Sequence record: PP975109.1
Source: Escherichia phage IK_ECO1
Direction: 5' to 3' (one strand)
DNA: 43,567 bases
A program made the translations under genes and the position numbers. The notes under the pieces were generated by a model. That model made no database searches. It saw only the letters and a program-made list of their open reading frames with translations, and was not told where the DNA came from. Below are positions 10,040 to 19,082 of the stretch, one piece after another (within the stretch, counting starts at the first letter, position 1; every line of letters begins with the position of its first letter).

Positions 10040-11548
10040 ATGGCATACAGCTGGCAAGAGCAAATCAAGCCAGCTGGTACCCAGGATATCCAGTGTGATA
10101 TTGAGTATTTGGACAAGTCCTATATTCATGTATATCTCGACGGCGTCGAAACCACTGGGTACACCTGGACCAGCTCTACAAATATTAGGCTGAACACAGC
10201 CTTGACAGCGGATACGACGGTACTGCTCATTCGCAAGACCGAGCGCGAGTATCTGTACATTGAGTTTGCTAGTGGTTCCCCATTCATCGAGGTGAACGTA
10301 GACTCTCAAAACACCCAGTTCTTACACTTAGCTCAAGAGCTGGTGGAGGGTAGGGCCATCCCCGGATTCTACGGGGATATAAGCATGAACGGCTTCCGCA
10401 TCACCAACTTAGGTACTGGGGTTAATCCGGGGGATGCCGTTAACAAGGGACAGCTTGACGTGGTAGATGCACGTGTAACCAGTCTGGAAGAGACGTGGGT
10501 AACGGCTGCTACCAGCTATCCTTGGTACACTACTACCACCACTGAAACCGACGTACTGGACCCGCCCTTTAACTTCACTAAGGCTGCTCTGTACATCACT
10601 GGTGTGTGCCAGACCCCAGGCTATAGCTACGTGGTAGTAGATAATCAGATTATGCTAGCGGACCCTGTACCTGCGGGTACGCACATCTTTGCCCGCCTAG
10701 GTGAGGATGTAGGTCTAGACCCTAACTATGCCACCGCAGACCAGCTAGCTGCTGCTATCAGTCAAGCGCAGCTTGAGCATAACGCGCTACAGGCGGGTAT
10801 CGATGGCAAAGCAGCTAAGGGTGCTAACTCTGATATCACGAGCTTGAGCGGGCTTATAACGCCTCTCAGCACAACTCAGGGTGGTACAGGTAGTACTACT
10901 GGAGTAGCACCTAAAGCTACTGTTCTTGAAACCTCTCGTACAGTACAAGTAAACCTAGCAACCACCACCGCAGCCAGTTTCGATGGTTCCGCCAACATCT
11001 CTCCAGGTGTAACAGGTACGCTACCTGTAGTCAACGGAGGTACAGGTGGTACTACCCCAGCGGGCGCTCGTGGTAATCTAGGGGCTGCTGCTAGCGGTTC
11101 TAACTCGGATATTACCGCACTCACCTCGTTGAGCGGCGGTATTACTGGCCTGACTACAGGTACTGCGGCTGCTCCGGGTATCGTAGGACAGGAGCTGTCT
11201 GCGTCGTCTGGTACGGCTGTATCCTTAACTTCTGGGACCCTGACCAACGTAGCAAGCATCAGCCTACCTGCTGGGGATTGGGAGCTAGAGAGTGCGTTGC
11301 GTGTAACTAACGCAGGCAACATCACGCTCCTGAACTTTGGGGTCAGTGCTACCTCAGCCACCCTGCCTACAGATTGGTGGGACCGTTACAACATCACTAC
11401 AACGCTGGCAGCAGGTACTTCTACTCGTCAGGGTATGTCTCGCAGGGTTCTGCTCAGCGCGACTACTACACTGTACCTAGTAGCGCAGGCTACCTTCACC
11501 AGTACCTGTACAGCAGACGGTTATATCAGAGCACGGAGGGTGCGTTAA
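10040..11548 (+). CDS. Tail fiber protein with T7 gp17-like N-terminal adaptor domain, 502 aa
   Basis: N-terminal region (…RITNLGTGVNPGDAVNKGQLD…) resembles T7-type fiber anchor; internal repeat GANSDITSLSG / GSNSDITALTSLSG; position before terminase. Confidence 0.6.
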   Translation: MAYSWQEQIKPAGTQDIQCDIEYLDKSYIHVYLDGVETTGYTWTSSTNIRLNTALTADTTVLLIRKTEREYLYIEFASGSPFIEVNVDSQNTQFLHLAQELVEGRAIPGFYGDISMNGFRITNLGTGVNPGDAVNKGQLDVVDARVTSLEETWVTAATSYPWYTTTTTETDVLDPPFNFTKAALYITGVCQTPGYSYVVVDNQIMLADPVPAGTHIFARLGEDVGLDPNYATADQLAAAISQAQLEHNALQAGIDGKAAKGANSDITSLSGLITPLSTTQGGTGSTTGVAPKATVLETSRTVQVNLATTTAASFDGSANISPGVTGTLPVVNGGTGGTTPAGARGNLGAAASGSNSDITALTSLSGGITGLTTGTAAAPGIVGQELSASSGTAVSLTSGTLTNVASISLPAGDWELESALRVTNAGNITLLNFGVSATSATLPTDWWDRYNITTTLAAGTSTRQGMSRRVLLSATTTLYLVAQATFTSTCTADGYIRARRVR

Positions 11549-11850
11549 TGGCAAAGGCGGCAACCAAGAGCCGTCTCAGCGAACTTCACAGGATGTTTGC
11601 TGAGGCGCTGATTAGCGAACTCAAGCAGGCCGGGGAAGATGAGGTCCCTTTACCGGCTGCTGATAAATCTGTTATTGCCAAGTTCCTGAAAGACAATGAC
11701 ATTACCGCCGATGCAGATTCCGAGGAGATGCAGGAGCTACGTGATGAATTCGATGACGAACTAGCGGCGCGCAGAGAGGCGCGTAAGAAAGAGATTTTGA
11801 ACAAGATTAGTGGTTCAGACTCTGAGGACTTACTAGAAGGAATTGTCTAA
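11548..11850 (+). CDS. Putative terminase small subunit (DNA maturase A), 100 aa, acidic C-terminus
   Basis: ATG at 11548 overlapping fiber stop by 1 nt, RBS ggaggg; immediately upstream of terminase large subunit; the track ORF 11374-11850 is the same frame with an earlier spurious start. Confidence 0.45.
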   Translation: MAKAATKSRLSELHRMFAEALISELKQAGEDEVPLPAADKSVIAKFLKDNDITADADSEEMQELRDEFDDELAARREARKKEILNKISGSDSEDLLEGIV

Positions 11851-13706
11851 TGGTATCGGTGAAGACTGCGCGAAGACTGCGCATGCTCAACCAGAAACTT
11901 ACTGGTTATAGTGTGAACCCGCGCAGTATTCCCAAAGAGGAGCGCGAGGATATCGCCATGATGATGGCGGCTACCCTCAGTAATTTCAGGGAGTTCGCAT
12001 ACATCGGTATGCGTTTCCTAGGCTTTACGCTCACGGACATGCAAGCCGACATTGCAGAGTATATGCAGAAGGGTCCTAGAAAGCGTATGGTGGCTGCGCA
12101 GCGTGGTGAGGCTAAATCTACGCTAGCTGCATTATACGCTGTCTGGAGGCTCATCCAGGACCAATCCTGCCGTATACTGATTGTATCTGGTGCGGAGAAG
12201 CAGGCGTCCGACGTTGCGAACTTAATCATTCGTATGTTGGAAACCTGGCCGCTGTTGTGTTACTTGAAGGCTGACCCTACGCGCGGGGACCGTACTTCAT
12301 TCGAAGGTTATGATGTCAACTGCGACCTGAAACCACTGGATAAGTCTGCTAGCGTAGCCTGTGTAGGTATCACTGCATCACTGCAGGGTAAGCGTGCTGA
12401 CCTCTTGATTCCAGATGATATTGAGACTACTAAGAACGGTTTAACACAAACCCAGCGTGAGCAGTTGCTGATGATTTCGAAAGACTTCGCAGCTATCTGT
12501 ACACATGGGGATACACTGTACCTGGGTACACCGCAGACCAAGGACAGTATTTATAAAACCCTGCCGGGACGTGGCTTTGAAGTACGAGTATGGCCTGGAC
12601 GTATCCCGTCAGTTGAAATGGAAGAACGATATGGAAGTACACTTGCTCCTTATATACTGCAGCTCATTGAGCGGGGTTATAAACGTACCGGGTTCGGAGT
12701 AGACGGAACACTAGGTGAGAGCACAGACCCCGGTCGTTACGATGAGGATGCGCTGATTGAGAAGGAGCTGGACTTCGGTCCAGAGGGCTTCCAGCTGCAG
12801 TACATGCTCGATACAACCTTATCGGACCAGATGCGTACCCGTATCAAGTTGTCGGATATGCTTGTGTACTCCGGTAGCCTAGATTCCTCACCTGAGACCT
12901 TCTCCTATATTGCAGACCGTCGGTACTTGTACCAGCATGAGCATGAGGGGATTATGGGTCAGCAGATGTACTTCCCGGCATTCTACGGAGATATGCACTT
13001 GCCGTATCAGCACAAGGTGTTGGTAGTGGACCCAGCTGGTTGTGGTGGGGATGAAGTCTCCTATGCTGCGGGCGGGGCTGCTAACTCATACATTCATCTG
13101 TTCTCCGTTGGGGGCTTCCAAGGAGGTGTGAGCACCGAGAATATCGACAAGCTCATCGACCTGTGCGTAGAGTTAGACATCTCTGACATGGTGGTAGAGA
13201 GTAACATGGGGCACGGTACCGTGTCTATGCTTATTCTGAACCGCTTACGAGAGCGTCACCTTGCTGGTATTGGTGTGCGTGACATTAACAACACCACGCA
13301 GAAAGAACGTCGTATCATAGACACAATCAGTCCAGTAACTCGACGACACCGCCTAGTGGTGCATGAGCGTGCTATTCACGATGATATTGGGACTTGTATG
13401 CTATACTCCCGAGATCGTCGCTGGTTGTACTCTGCGTTCGCACAGCTCGCAGGTATTACGTATGACCGGGGTAGCTTGGCTAAGGATGACCGAGCAGACG
13501 CCATCGCTATGATGGTAGCAGTACTGAACGGGCATCTGGTAGAAGACGAGAAAGTGGTAGCTGCACGAGAGTCTGAGAAGCAGGCACTAGCATTCATCAA
13601 TAACCCGCTGGACTGGGCGCAGGGTATGGTCCAGAAACAGTTGCGGGGAGTCGCTGCACGGCTGCAAGGTCGGGGTAGAGGCAAACAACATAGAGGAAGA
13701 CGATAA
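11850..13706 (+). CDS. Terminase large subunit (DNA maturase B), 618 aa
   Basis: Size and position typical of T7 gp19; nuclease-like segment VLVVDPAGCGGDEVSYA; start overlaps upstream stop. Confidence 0.7.
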   Translation: MVSVKTARRLRMLNQKLTGYSVNPRSIPKEEREDIAMMMAATLSNFREFAYIGMRFLGFTLTDMQADIAEYMQKGPRKRMVAAQRGEAKSTLAALYAVWRLIQDQSCRILIVSGAEKQASDVANLIIRMLETWPLLCYLKADPTRGDRTSFEGYDVNCDLKPLDKSASVACVGITASLQGKRADLLIPDDIETTKNGLTQTQREQLLMISKDFAAICTHGDTLYLGTPQTKDSIYKTLPGRGFEVRVWPGRIPSVEMEERYGSTLAPYILQLIERGYKRTGFGVDGTLGESTDPGRYDEDALIEKELDFGPEGFQLQYMLDTTLSDQMRTRIKLSDMLVYSGSLDSSPETFSYIADRRYLYQHEHEGIMGQQMYFPAFYGDMHLPYQHKVLVVDPAGCGGDEVSYAAGGAANSYIHLFSVGGFQGGVSTENIDKLIDLCVELDISDMVVESNMGHGTVSMLILNRLRERHLAGIGVRDINNTTQKERRIIDTISPVTRRHRLVVHERAIHDDIGTCMLYSRDRRWLYSAFAQLAGITYDRGSLAKDDRADAIAMMVAVLNGHLVEDEKVVAARESEKQALAFINNPLDWAQGMVQKQLRGVAARLQGRGRGKQHRGRR

Positions 13707-14083
13707 TGGCATCAATCATCGCGGCTAAATCTGCGGAGGTCCAGTACACTATTGTGGGTAAGAGCCAGAACCTCGAGAAAGAGGTGGCCCCGGATTACAA
13801 TGCCGGGTTTGTGGGTACGGGTGCGCTGGATAAATTCAACACGTTCTTTACCTACATGGAGTCCCAAGGCTACTCGGCTACAGCTGTCGGGGAATCCTTT
13901 AAGGATGATGGCAACCTGCAGGCGCGACTGTTCTCCATGCTGTTCCAGCTTAGCAAGACCGGTTACGTAGCGCTCACTGGTACAGGTATGCCGCTAGGTG
14001 AGGGTTCTGGTACGGACTTCGACAACTCATTCACGGCCCTACAGTCGGCCTTCGTCGCAGCGACTAACGCTGCTGCAGCATAA
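13706..14083 (+). CDS. Hypothetical protein, 125 aa
   Basis: ORF start overlapping terminase stop; no recognisable motif. Confidence 0.4.
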   Translation: MASIIAAKSAEVQYTIVGKSQNLEKEVAPDYNAGFVGTGALDKFNTFFTYMESQGYSATAVGESFKDDGNLQARLFSMLFQLSKTGYVALTGTGMPLGEGSGTDFDNSFTALQSAFVAATNAAAA

Positions 14084-14096
14084 TAGGAGAATCACT

Positions 14097-14279
14097 ATGG
14101 CAATTGCTAAGGCAACACAAACACAGCAGCAGGAGCTGCTGCGTCAACTGAACATTCTGGGTAAGGACCTCTACGCAATCCTTACTCAGCCCCAGGATGT
14201 AGCTCAGACCGGTGCGGCGTTCGACGCTAAGATTGCTGCCCTAGAAGCAGCTATCACTGCTGTGAAGACGGCCAGCTAA
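14097..14279 (+). CDS. Hypothetical protein, 60 aa
   Basis: ATG at 14097 preceded by RBS taggaga; translationally coupled to next gene. Confidence 0.4.
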   Translation: MAIAKATQTQQQELLRQLNILGKDLYAILTQPQDVAQTGAAFDAKIAALEAAITAVKTAS

Positions 14280-14683
14280 TGCGTAAACTGGTCGCTGGGT
14301 TACTGCTCGTAGCTACTCTGACTGGTTGCTCAGCGACCTCTGCACTTACCGGCTTAGTTGGTTCTAAGCCGGAAGTATCTGCACAGGTTGGTGCTGAGAA
14401 TACCAAGCAGATGCTCGGGCTGAATAATAAGGTGGACTCCAGCACCACCAACAAGACTGATGTACAGGATTCTAACGTAGGTACACTGGATACTTCTAGC
14501 AAGAAGAAAGTGCAGACTATTAGCACCGGCACAATCCAAGCAGATCGCCTACAAGTGGTTAACAACGATAGTTACAGCCTTATCCTCGCCGGATTAGCAG
14601 GGGCCAGTATTCCTTTGGTCTTCCTAGTGACCATTCTGGTGATTCGTAAGCTGTTTAGGAAGAAGGGTCAGCAGGATGATTAA
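14279..14683 (+). CDS. Lipoprotein with C-terminal transmembrane helix, 134 aa; unimolecular-spanin-like architecture
   Basis: N-terminal signal peptide with lipobox LTGC (MRKLVAGLLLVATLTGCS), Ser/Thr/Lys-rich middle, C-terminal hydrophobic helix LILAGLAGASIPLVFLVTILVI followed by RKLFRKK; adjacent to holin and lysozyme. Confidence 0.55.
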   Translation: MRKLVAGLLLVATLTGCSATSALTGLVGSKPEVSAQVGAENTKQMLGLNNKVDSSTTNKTDVQDSNVGTLDTSSKKKVQTISTGTIQADRLQVVNNDSYSLILAGLAGASIPLVFLVTILVIRKLFRKKGQQDD

Positions 14684-14927
14684 AGTAGGAGACGTAGTTG
14701 GGGCAGACCTCGCTACCCGGGCAGGTGCAGCTGTTACTGGCGCTACAGTCTCAGGAGGCTGGTTGGCAGAGCTAATGAGTTGGAACTGGAGTGTTATCAG
14801 CTTCATCACTGCGACGGTGTGTGCAGTGCTAACCCTGGCGTGGAATGCGTACTATAAACGACGCACATACAAGCTCCTAGAAGAGCACGCACGTAAGGGG
14901 ACTATTAAATATGAGTTTAAGGACTAG
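14676..14927 (+). CDS. Putative holin (pinholin-like), 83 aa
   Basis: Weak Gly/Ala-rich hydrophobic segment followed by a clear TM helix (WSVISFITATVCAVLTLAW) and charged C-terminus; overlaps both neighbouring lysis genes. Confidence 0.5.
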   Translation: MIKVGDVVGADLATRAGAAVTGATVSGGWLAELMSWNWSVISFITATVCAVLTLAWNAYYKRRTYKLLEEHARKGTIKYEFKD

Positions 14928-15510
14928 GGTTATAGCTGCACTCGCCGGGGCTACTATGCTTGGCGGGGCTATTACTGAGGTAATCCAGCACAATGAGGGT
15001 TTGAGCCTTACAGCCTACAAAGACAGTGCCGGTATCCCTACGATCTGCTACGGGGAGACAAAGGGTGTCAAAATGGGCCAGAGAGCCACTCTGAGCGACT
15101 GTCAGAAGCAACTGATAGAATCAGCAGGGGAACATGCTAAGGCTCTTGACGGGCTTCCTATGCAGCTCTCTGACGTGGCTCTGATAGGGTCTGTAGACTT
15201 CATCTATAACGTAGGCGTAGCCGGCTTCAATGGCAGCGCCGTGAAACGGCACCTCAAAAACCTTGATTACGCAGCGGCTGGAAAGGCTGTGCTGGACTGG
15301 CGTTACATTAGCAAGTACCAGCAGAAGTCCCCAGGCACCGGTTGGGTGTACAAGGGTGGCAACCGCTGGACCTTTGATTGCTCTCAGTATATTAACGGGC
15401 AGCGTAATAAGGTGTGCTGGGGCCTCTGGGAGCGCCGTCAGTGGGAAGCCAAAGCTATTGGCAATGAGTTTAAATCCATGCAGGCAGCAGTAGCTGCTAT
15501 GCCTAAATAA
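14911..15510 (+). CDS. Endolysin, phage lysozyme (GH24, T4-lysozyme-like) with SAR-like N-terminus, 199 aa
   Basis: Catalytic pattern E-x8-D-x5-T in HNEGLSLTAYKDSAGIPTICYGET matches T4 lysozyme spacing; N-terminal weakly hydrophobic stretch VIAALAGATMLGGAIT. Confidence 0.7.
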   Translation: MSLRTRVIAALAGATMLGGAITEVIQHNEGLSLTAYKDSAGIPTICYGETKGVKMGQRATLSDCQKQLIESAGEHAKALDGLPMQLSDVALIGSVDFIYNVGVAGFNGSAVKRHLKNLDYAAAGKAVLDWRYISKYQQKSPGTGWVYKGGNRWTFDCSQYINGQRNKVCWGLWERRQWEAKAIGNEFKSMQAAVAAMPK

Positions 15511-15519
15511 GGAAATAGT

Positions 15520-17643
15520 ATGGCTCTCGTACGTAATATTACTGTCCCGAGTTATTACTCTGGACTTAACGTTGTTGACTACGGGGTAGTAGGCGACGGT
15601 ATCTCGGATGATACAGTAGCCTATACTCGAACTGTTGAAGCTGCTAATGCACTGCAACTGCCTGTATATGTACCTCCAGGTATGCGTGTCCGTATCACCG
15701 GTAGTTCTAACATTACACATAAGTACGGTTTTAACTTTAACGGCAGTACCTTGGATATTCAAGAGTATGCTGGTAAGTTCCTGTTCCAGCGCCAGGTAGC
15801 CCCTGTTCAATACTCTGCTGGTTCGCCACTTCTTACTGCTTTAGCAAGTACTACTTTAAGCGGAACTTATAACAGTGTTATGTCAGGCCGTACAGAACTG
15901 GATAACTGCTACGTAAATATAGTTACTAACCAGCCGTACTATACCTACCGTGGGGCTGTTACTACTCGTACTGAACGTTTAGCTGTAATCCGTAACGGTA
16001 TGCTTGAGGGCACTCTTAAATATCCGCTTGCAGGTTCTAGAATCACAGGCATCACTGCATACCCTCTTCCAGATAAGGAAGTAGTGTATGAGAACGTGGT
16101 GGTGGACGTAGGTGCTAATCAGCTGCAAGGTAACCCGTTCCTGATTGAGGCCGATAAGGTACGTTTAGAGAACTGGTCTTTTAAGCAATCTAACGTACTA
16201 TTTACCTCTGTAAATCCAGTATACGTAGTCATGCGTAACTGCTTCCATATGCGCGTACGCAACTTCCAGATGCAGTGGACTACTCGTACCGCTGCTAACA
16301 ACTTTACGTACGGCGTGGCTGCTGAGTACTGTTCAGATATCGAGTTTGACTCAATGAAAGGTGTAGGCGACGGTTGGGGCATGACCGGTTTCAACGAGAA
16401 TCGTCGCTGTACCTTCAGGAACTGTCAGCTTAGCCGAATAGATACGCACCAGCCTTTCATTGAATGGTTGCGTGTGCTGGACTGTGATACCGGTCAGTGG
16501 GGTATTAGTCTAACTGCCTTAGGTGATGTTATTGTTAAAGGTGGTAGCATTACCCTGACTAACGATAGCGTTTATACAGATAAGGTAGGCTTTATACTAT
16601 TGCGTAATGAGTGCGGCGGGGTACTGGATGGTCAGTTAGTAGTTGATGATGTTACCCTCAAGAACTACACCAGTACTACAACTCAAGCCTTAGTATATCA
16701 CCGTGGGGACTTAGCAGATGCCCCACCTTCAGGTTCCCCTGTTAACTTCCAATGCAGTAGCAGTATGCTCATCAAGAACCTGCGTTCAGATGGCCGCATC
16801 GTAGAGCTTGCCCCTACCATCAACGGTGCTTCAGGTATTAAGTACCCGGCCAGTATCGTAGTTCAGGACTGTATTGAAGGTATCTACAGCTTTGCTACTA
16901 ATATAAGTACCTTTACCCCGAACAGTACGATAACTACTCCAGTCGATAACGCCTTAGGTAGTATCTCGAATCTGAAGGTACAGTTACGTAGCTGCAATAT
17001 CCGCAGTAACGTCTCCCTGGTAGATACGTCCATCCCACAGAAATTTGTAGTGGATATGCTGCTTGATGGTGTATTCGGAAACGGTGCATTCAATCCGGGA
17101 CTACAGGTTAAGTTCGGAGGTACTGTCAGCTGTGTTAACTCTGTACTGGAAGGCTTGGACTTCTTCTCAGGGGCTGCACTGGACCGGTACTTGAAGGTGT
17201 CAGTAGTAGGTGGAGGTATTCGCCACACTGGACGTTTCCGTACTGTACCTGTGAACGGGGCTAATACCTTAGTCTCGGTTATTATCCAGGGAGCTGCATT
17301 GCAGAGCACTACGGCTGCTGCATTACGTTATTATATGGTGGCGCATCTGCAAGGTTGTACCTACAGCGTAGCCGGGTCTGCCAGTACCCCTACATTAACT
17401 GTCACCCCAGATGGTAGTACTAGTTACGATACTGGGGTAGTTGGTATTAACAGTAAGAACCTAATGCAACTTACAGCCAGTGTAAGTGGGGTACTTAGAA
17501 GGGTACCGTTCTTCCTGCCTGCTAGTGGTGGTAGTACTTACGTGCAGTTAGATAACGGTGTTTACGCTAACATAACCTACAGCGGAAGTACTGTAACTGT
17601 TTCTACCACAGCAGGTTTAGGCGGGATTACGTTGGTAGGCTGA
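15520..17643 (+). CDS. Tailspike / polysaccharide depolymerase, right-handed beta-helix (pectate-lyase-like), 707 aa
   Basis: N-terminal motif NVVDYGVVGDGISDDT typical of pectate lyase 3 / beta-helix tailspikes; last structural-type gene before the non-coding region; lacks T7 fiber anchor domain. Confidence 0.6.
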   Translation: MALVRNITVPSYYSGLNVVDYGVVGDGISDDTVAYTRTVEAANALQLPVYVPPGMRVRITGSSNITHKYGFNFNGSTLDIQEYAGKFLFQRQVAPVQYSAGSPLLTALASTTLSGTYNSVMSGRTELDNCYVNIVTNQPYYTYRGAVTTRTERLAVIRNGMLEGTLKYPLAGSRITGITAYPLPDKEVVYENVVVDVGANQLQGNPFLIEADKVRLENWSFKQSNVLFTSVNPVYVVMRNCFHMRVRNFQMQWTTRTAANNFTYGVAAEYCSDIEFDSMKGVGDGWGMTGFNENRRCTFRNCQLSRIDTHQPFIEWLRVLDCDTGQWGISLTALGDVIVKGGSITLTNDSVYTDKVGFILLRNECGGVLDGQLVVDDVTLKNYTSTTTQALVYHRGDLADAPPSGSPVNFQCSSSMLIKNLRSDGRIVELAPTINGASGIKYPASIVVQDCIEGIYSFATNISTFTPNSTITTPVDNALGSISNLKVQLRSCNIRSNVSLVDTSIPQKFVVDMLLDGVFGNGAFNPGLQVKFGGTVSCVNSVLEGLDFFSGAALDRYLKVSVVGGGIRHTGRFRTVPVNGANTLVSVIIQGAALQSTTAAALRYYMVAHLQGCTYSVAGSASTPTLTVTPDGSTSYDTGVVGINSKNLMQLTASVSGVLRRVPFFLPASGGSTYVQLDNGVYANITYSGSTVTVSTTAGLGGITLVG

Positions 17644-17662
17644 GGCATATCTGAGGCATATC
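17641..17662. repeat. Tandem 11-mer tgaggcatatc x2 beginning at the tailspike stop codon
   Basis: Seen directly in sequence. Confidence 0.8.
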
Positions 17663-17681
17663 TCAGGAAAGTGCATTAAGG

Positions 17682-17707
17682 TACATGGAAATCCTACATG
17701 GAAATCC
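17682..17707. repeat. Perfect tandem 13-mer tacatggaaatcc x2
   Basis: Seen directly in sequence. Confidence 0.85.
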
Positions 17708-17819
17708 CAGACTGAGCGCATGTAAACGTGCAGTTCATTTTTATTATACTTATGCGAGGACCTCCCTCACCCTCAACGCGCCCCAGTGCCCCCATAGGGG
17801 GTGCCCAGTGGAAATTAGA

Positions 17820-17830
17820 GGGGGGGGGGG
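17820..17830. repeat. G11 homopolymer flanked by palindromes (cccccataggggg; gcaggccaactagtgggcctgc)
   Basis: Seen directly in sequence. Confidence 0.8.
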
Positions 17831-17857
17831 TGGACGTTTAGACGTCTAGCAGGCCAA

Positions 17858-18280
17858 CTAGTGGGCCTGCTAGTGCGCTCTAGGGAGCCGTAGAAGCTCC
17901 CTGCGTGCCTTAGTGGGTATTGCTAGTGCTATCCTATGCTTATCGCTGTGTGCCTCTTGTAGAAGCTCTGGGAAGCTCTGGGAGGCACTGGGCTATCCCT
18001 TGCTATCCCTGCGTATTCACTGGGTGCGCTCTGGGCTATCCCTGCGTGCTCTCTGTGGGGCGTAGGGGGTGCGCTCTGCCTTGCTTATTTTGTGCCTGTA
18101 TTGTGCGCCTAGTGGGCCAGCTAGTGCGCTGTGGTGCTATCCCTAGTGCGTACTAGGCTATCCACTGGCTATCCTTAGTGCTTTACATTGTGCCGATTCT
18201 GTGCTACGCTGCGCGCTCCCCACTAGGGCGCACATCCACTACCCACCACACACCGCCACCTAGTGCTATCTCTTCACCCT
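17858..18280. repeat. Dense family of short direct repeats (ctagtg(c/g), gctatcc(c)t, gaagctctggg x2, ctgggctatccctgcgt x2) in non-coding DNA; probable genome-terminus / packaging or replication-associated region
   Basis: Repeats read by eye; no credible ORF; resembles short-repeat arrays near T7-type genome ends. Confidence 0.5.
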
Positions 18281-18309
18281 TACTTTCATTCGAAAGCTAA
18301 TAAGAAATG

Positions 18310-18327
18310 ATGTTACAGGAGTAGGAG
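18310..18327 (+). promoter_or_regulatory. Copy of repeated motif atgttacaggagtaggag in non-coding region; candidate phage RNAP promoter
   Basis: Exact identity with copies at 7085 and 38994. Confidence 0.4.
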
Positions 18328-18781
18328 GGTTTTAGGGCACTACATACACACTACCTACTACTACTCACTAGTATCCCCTAGTAATGCCCTATATTACGAC
18401 CGTAGGGAGTAAGCATTACCTACACAGTCACCGCATCACTACGTGCCCTTTCACTTCGTACGGGCACTACGTTCTGCTTATGTAGTGTTAGATGGTATTA
18501 GTTAGCATTGGCTAGTATTGGTTACAGCCATTGGCTGCATAGTGCTATCTCTAGAGCTATCACTAGAATAGAAGCATTGGCTAAGTGTTTGCCCTGCTTA
18601 CTCTTTTTGCTCTTAAGGATAAATAGTTGCAAAAAGTATCAAATAGTACTTGCTTCTTTTGGTTTATTGGCGCTATAGTTCAATCACCGGGAGGCACTGA
18701 GGCGCTGAACGGGGTAGAGTCGGGAGACTCCACCGGATTAAAGCTAGATGGTGTGAAGGGTTAGATACTCGATAAAAAGAG

Positions 18782-18810
18782 TTGACACCGCGAAGAACAT
18801 AAGCTAGATT
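18782..18810 (+). promoter_or_regulatory. Candidate host sigma70 early promoter: TTGACA - 17 nt - TAGATT
   Basis: Perfect -35 hexamer, 17-nt spacer, -10 with TAnnnT; upstream of early genes on the coding strand. Confidence 0.45.
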
Positions 18811-19010
18811 GAATCCCGAAGTAAGTAGTAAGGGTCGCTACCGGCTCCCACGGTAGCAGTTCGGGAAGGTACTACAACCTAACAAGGGCTTGACTAGCCC
18901 GCTAGTGTACCGCTGAGGCGGAGTAATACAGGACGCAAAGTGTCGCCCGCTGAGGGGCTACAGCTCACGGGGGAGGTTAACAGGCTCCCGATTTAGTAAG
19001 AAATAAACGC

Positions 19011-19039
19011 TTGACAAGTTCCGCTTACCTGAGTAACTT
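19011..19039 (+). promoter_or_regulatory. Candidate host sigma70 early promoter: TTGACA - 17 nt - TAACTT
   Basis: Perfect -35 hexamer, 17-nt spacer, weaker -10; further TTGACT/TTGACG hexamers at 18890, 19092, 19104 lack good -10 elements. Confidence 0.35.
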
Positions 19040-19070
19040 AGATAGTGAACAACGTAGTAAGCTGGTTTGC

Positions 19071-19082
19071 GGGGGGGGGGGG
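19071..19082. repeat. G12 homopolymer in the early leader
   Basis: Seen directly in sequence. Confidence 0.8.

Noticed and set aside
11374-11547. Upstream start (11374) giving a 158-aa terminase-small-subunit ORF
   Set aside because: That extension overlaps the tail fiber gene 3' end; ATG 11548 abuts the fiber stop with a good RBS.
15121-15810. 229-aa ORF on the minus strand, together with the other minus-strand ORFs in the track (for example 29978-30643 and 32924-33583)
   Set aside because: All lie entirely inside well-supported plus-strand genes, lack convincing ribosome-binding sites, and T7-type genomes are transcribed from one strand. Treated as antisense shadow ORFs.
17920-18156. 78-aa Cys-rich plus-strand ORF inside the repeat-rich non-coding region
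   Set aside because: Low-complexity translation of short DNA repeats, no RBS, and located in the presumed terminus region; most likely non-coding.
17858-18280. Possible CRISPR array
   Set aside because: The repeats are short (6-17 nt), degenerate and irregularly spaced, with no unique spacers of uniform length and no cas genes.
18665-18740. tRNA-like D-arm sequence (gcgctatagttcaat) suggesting a tRNA gene
   Set aside because: No complementary acceptor-stem 3' strand, no TTCRANY T-loop and no cloverleaf could be built; only a short hairpin (gagtc-ggga-gactc) is present.
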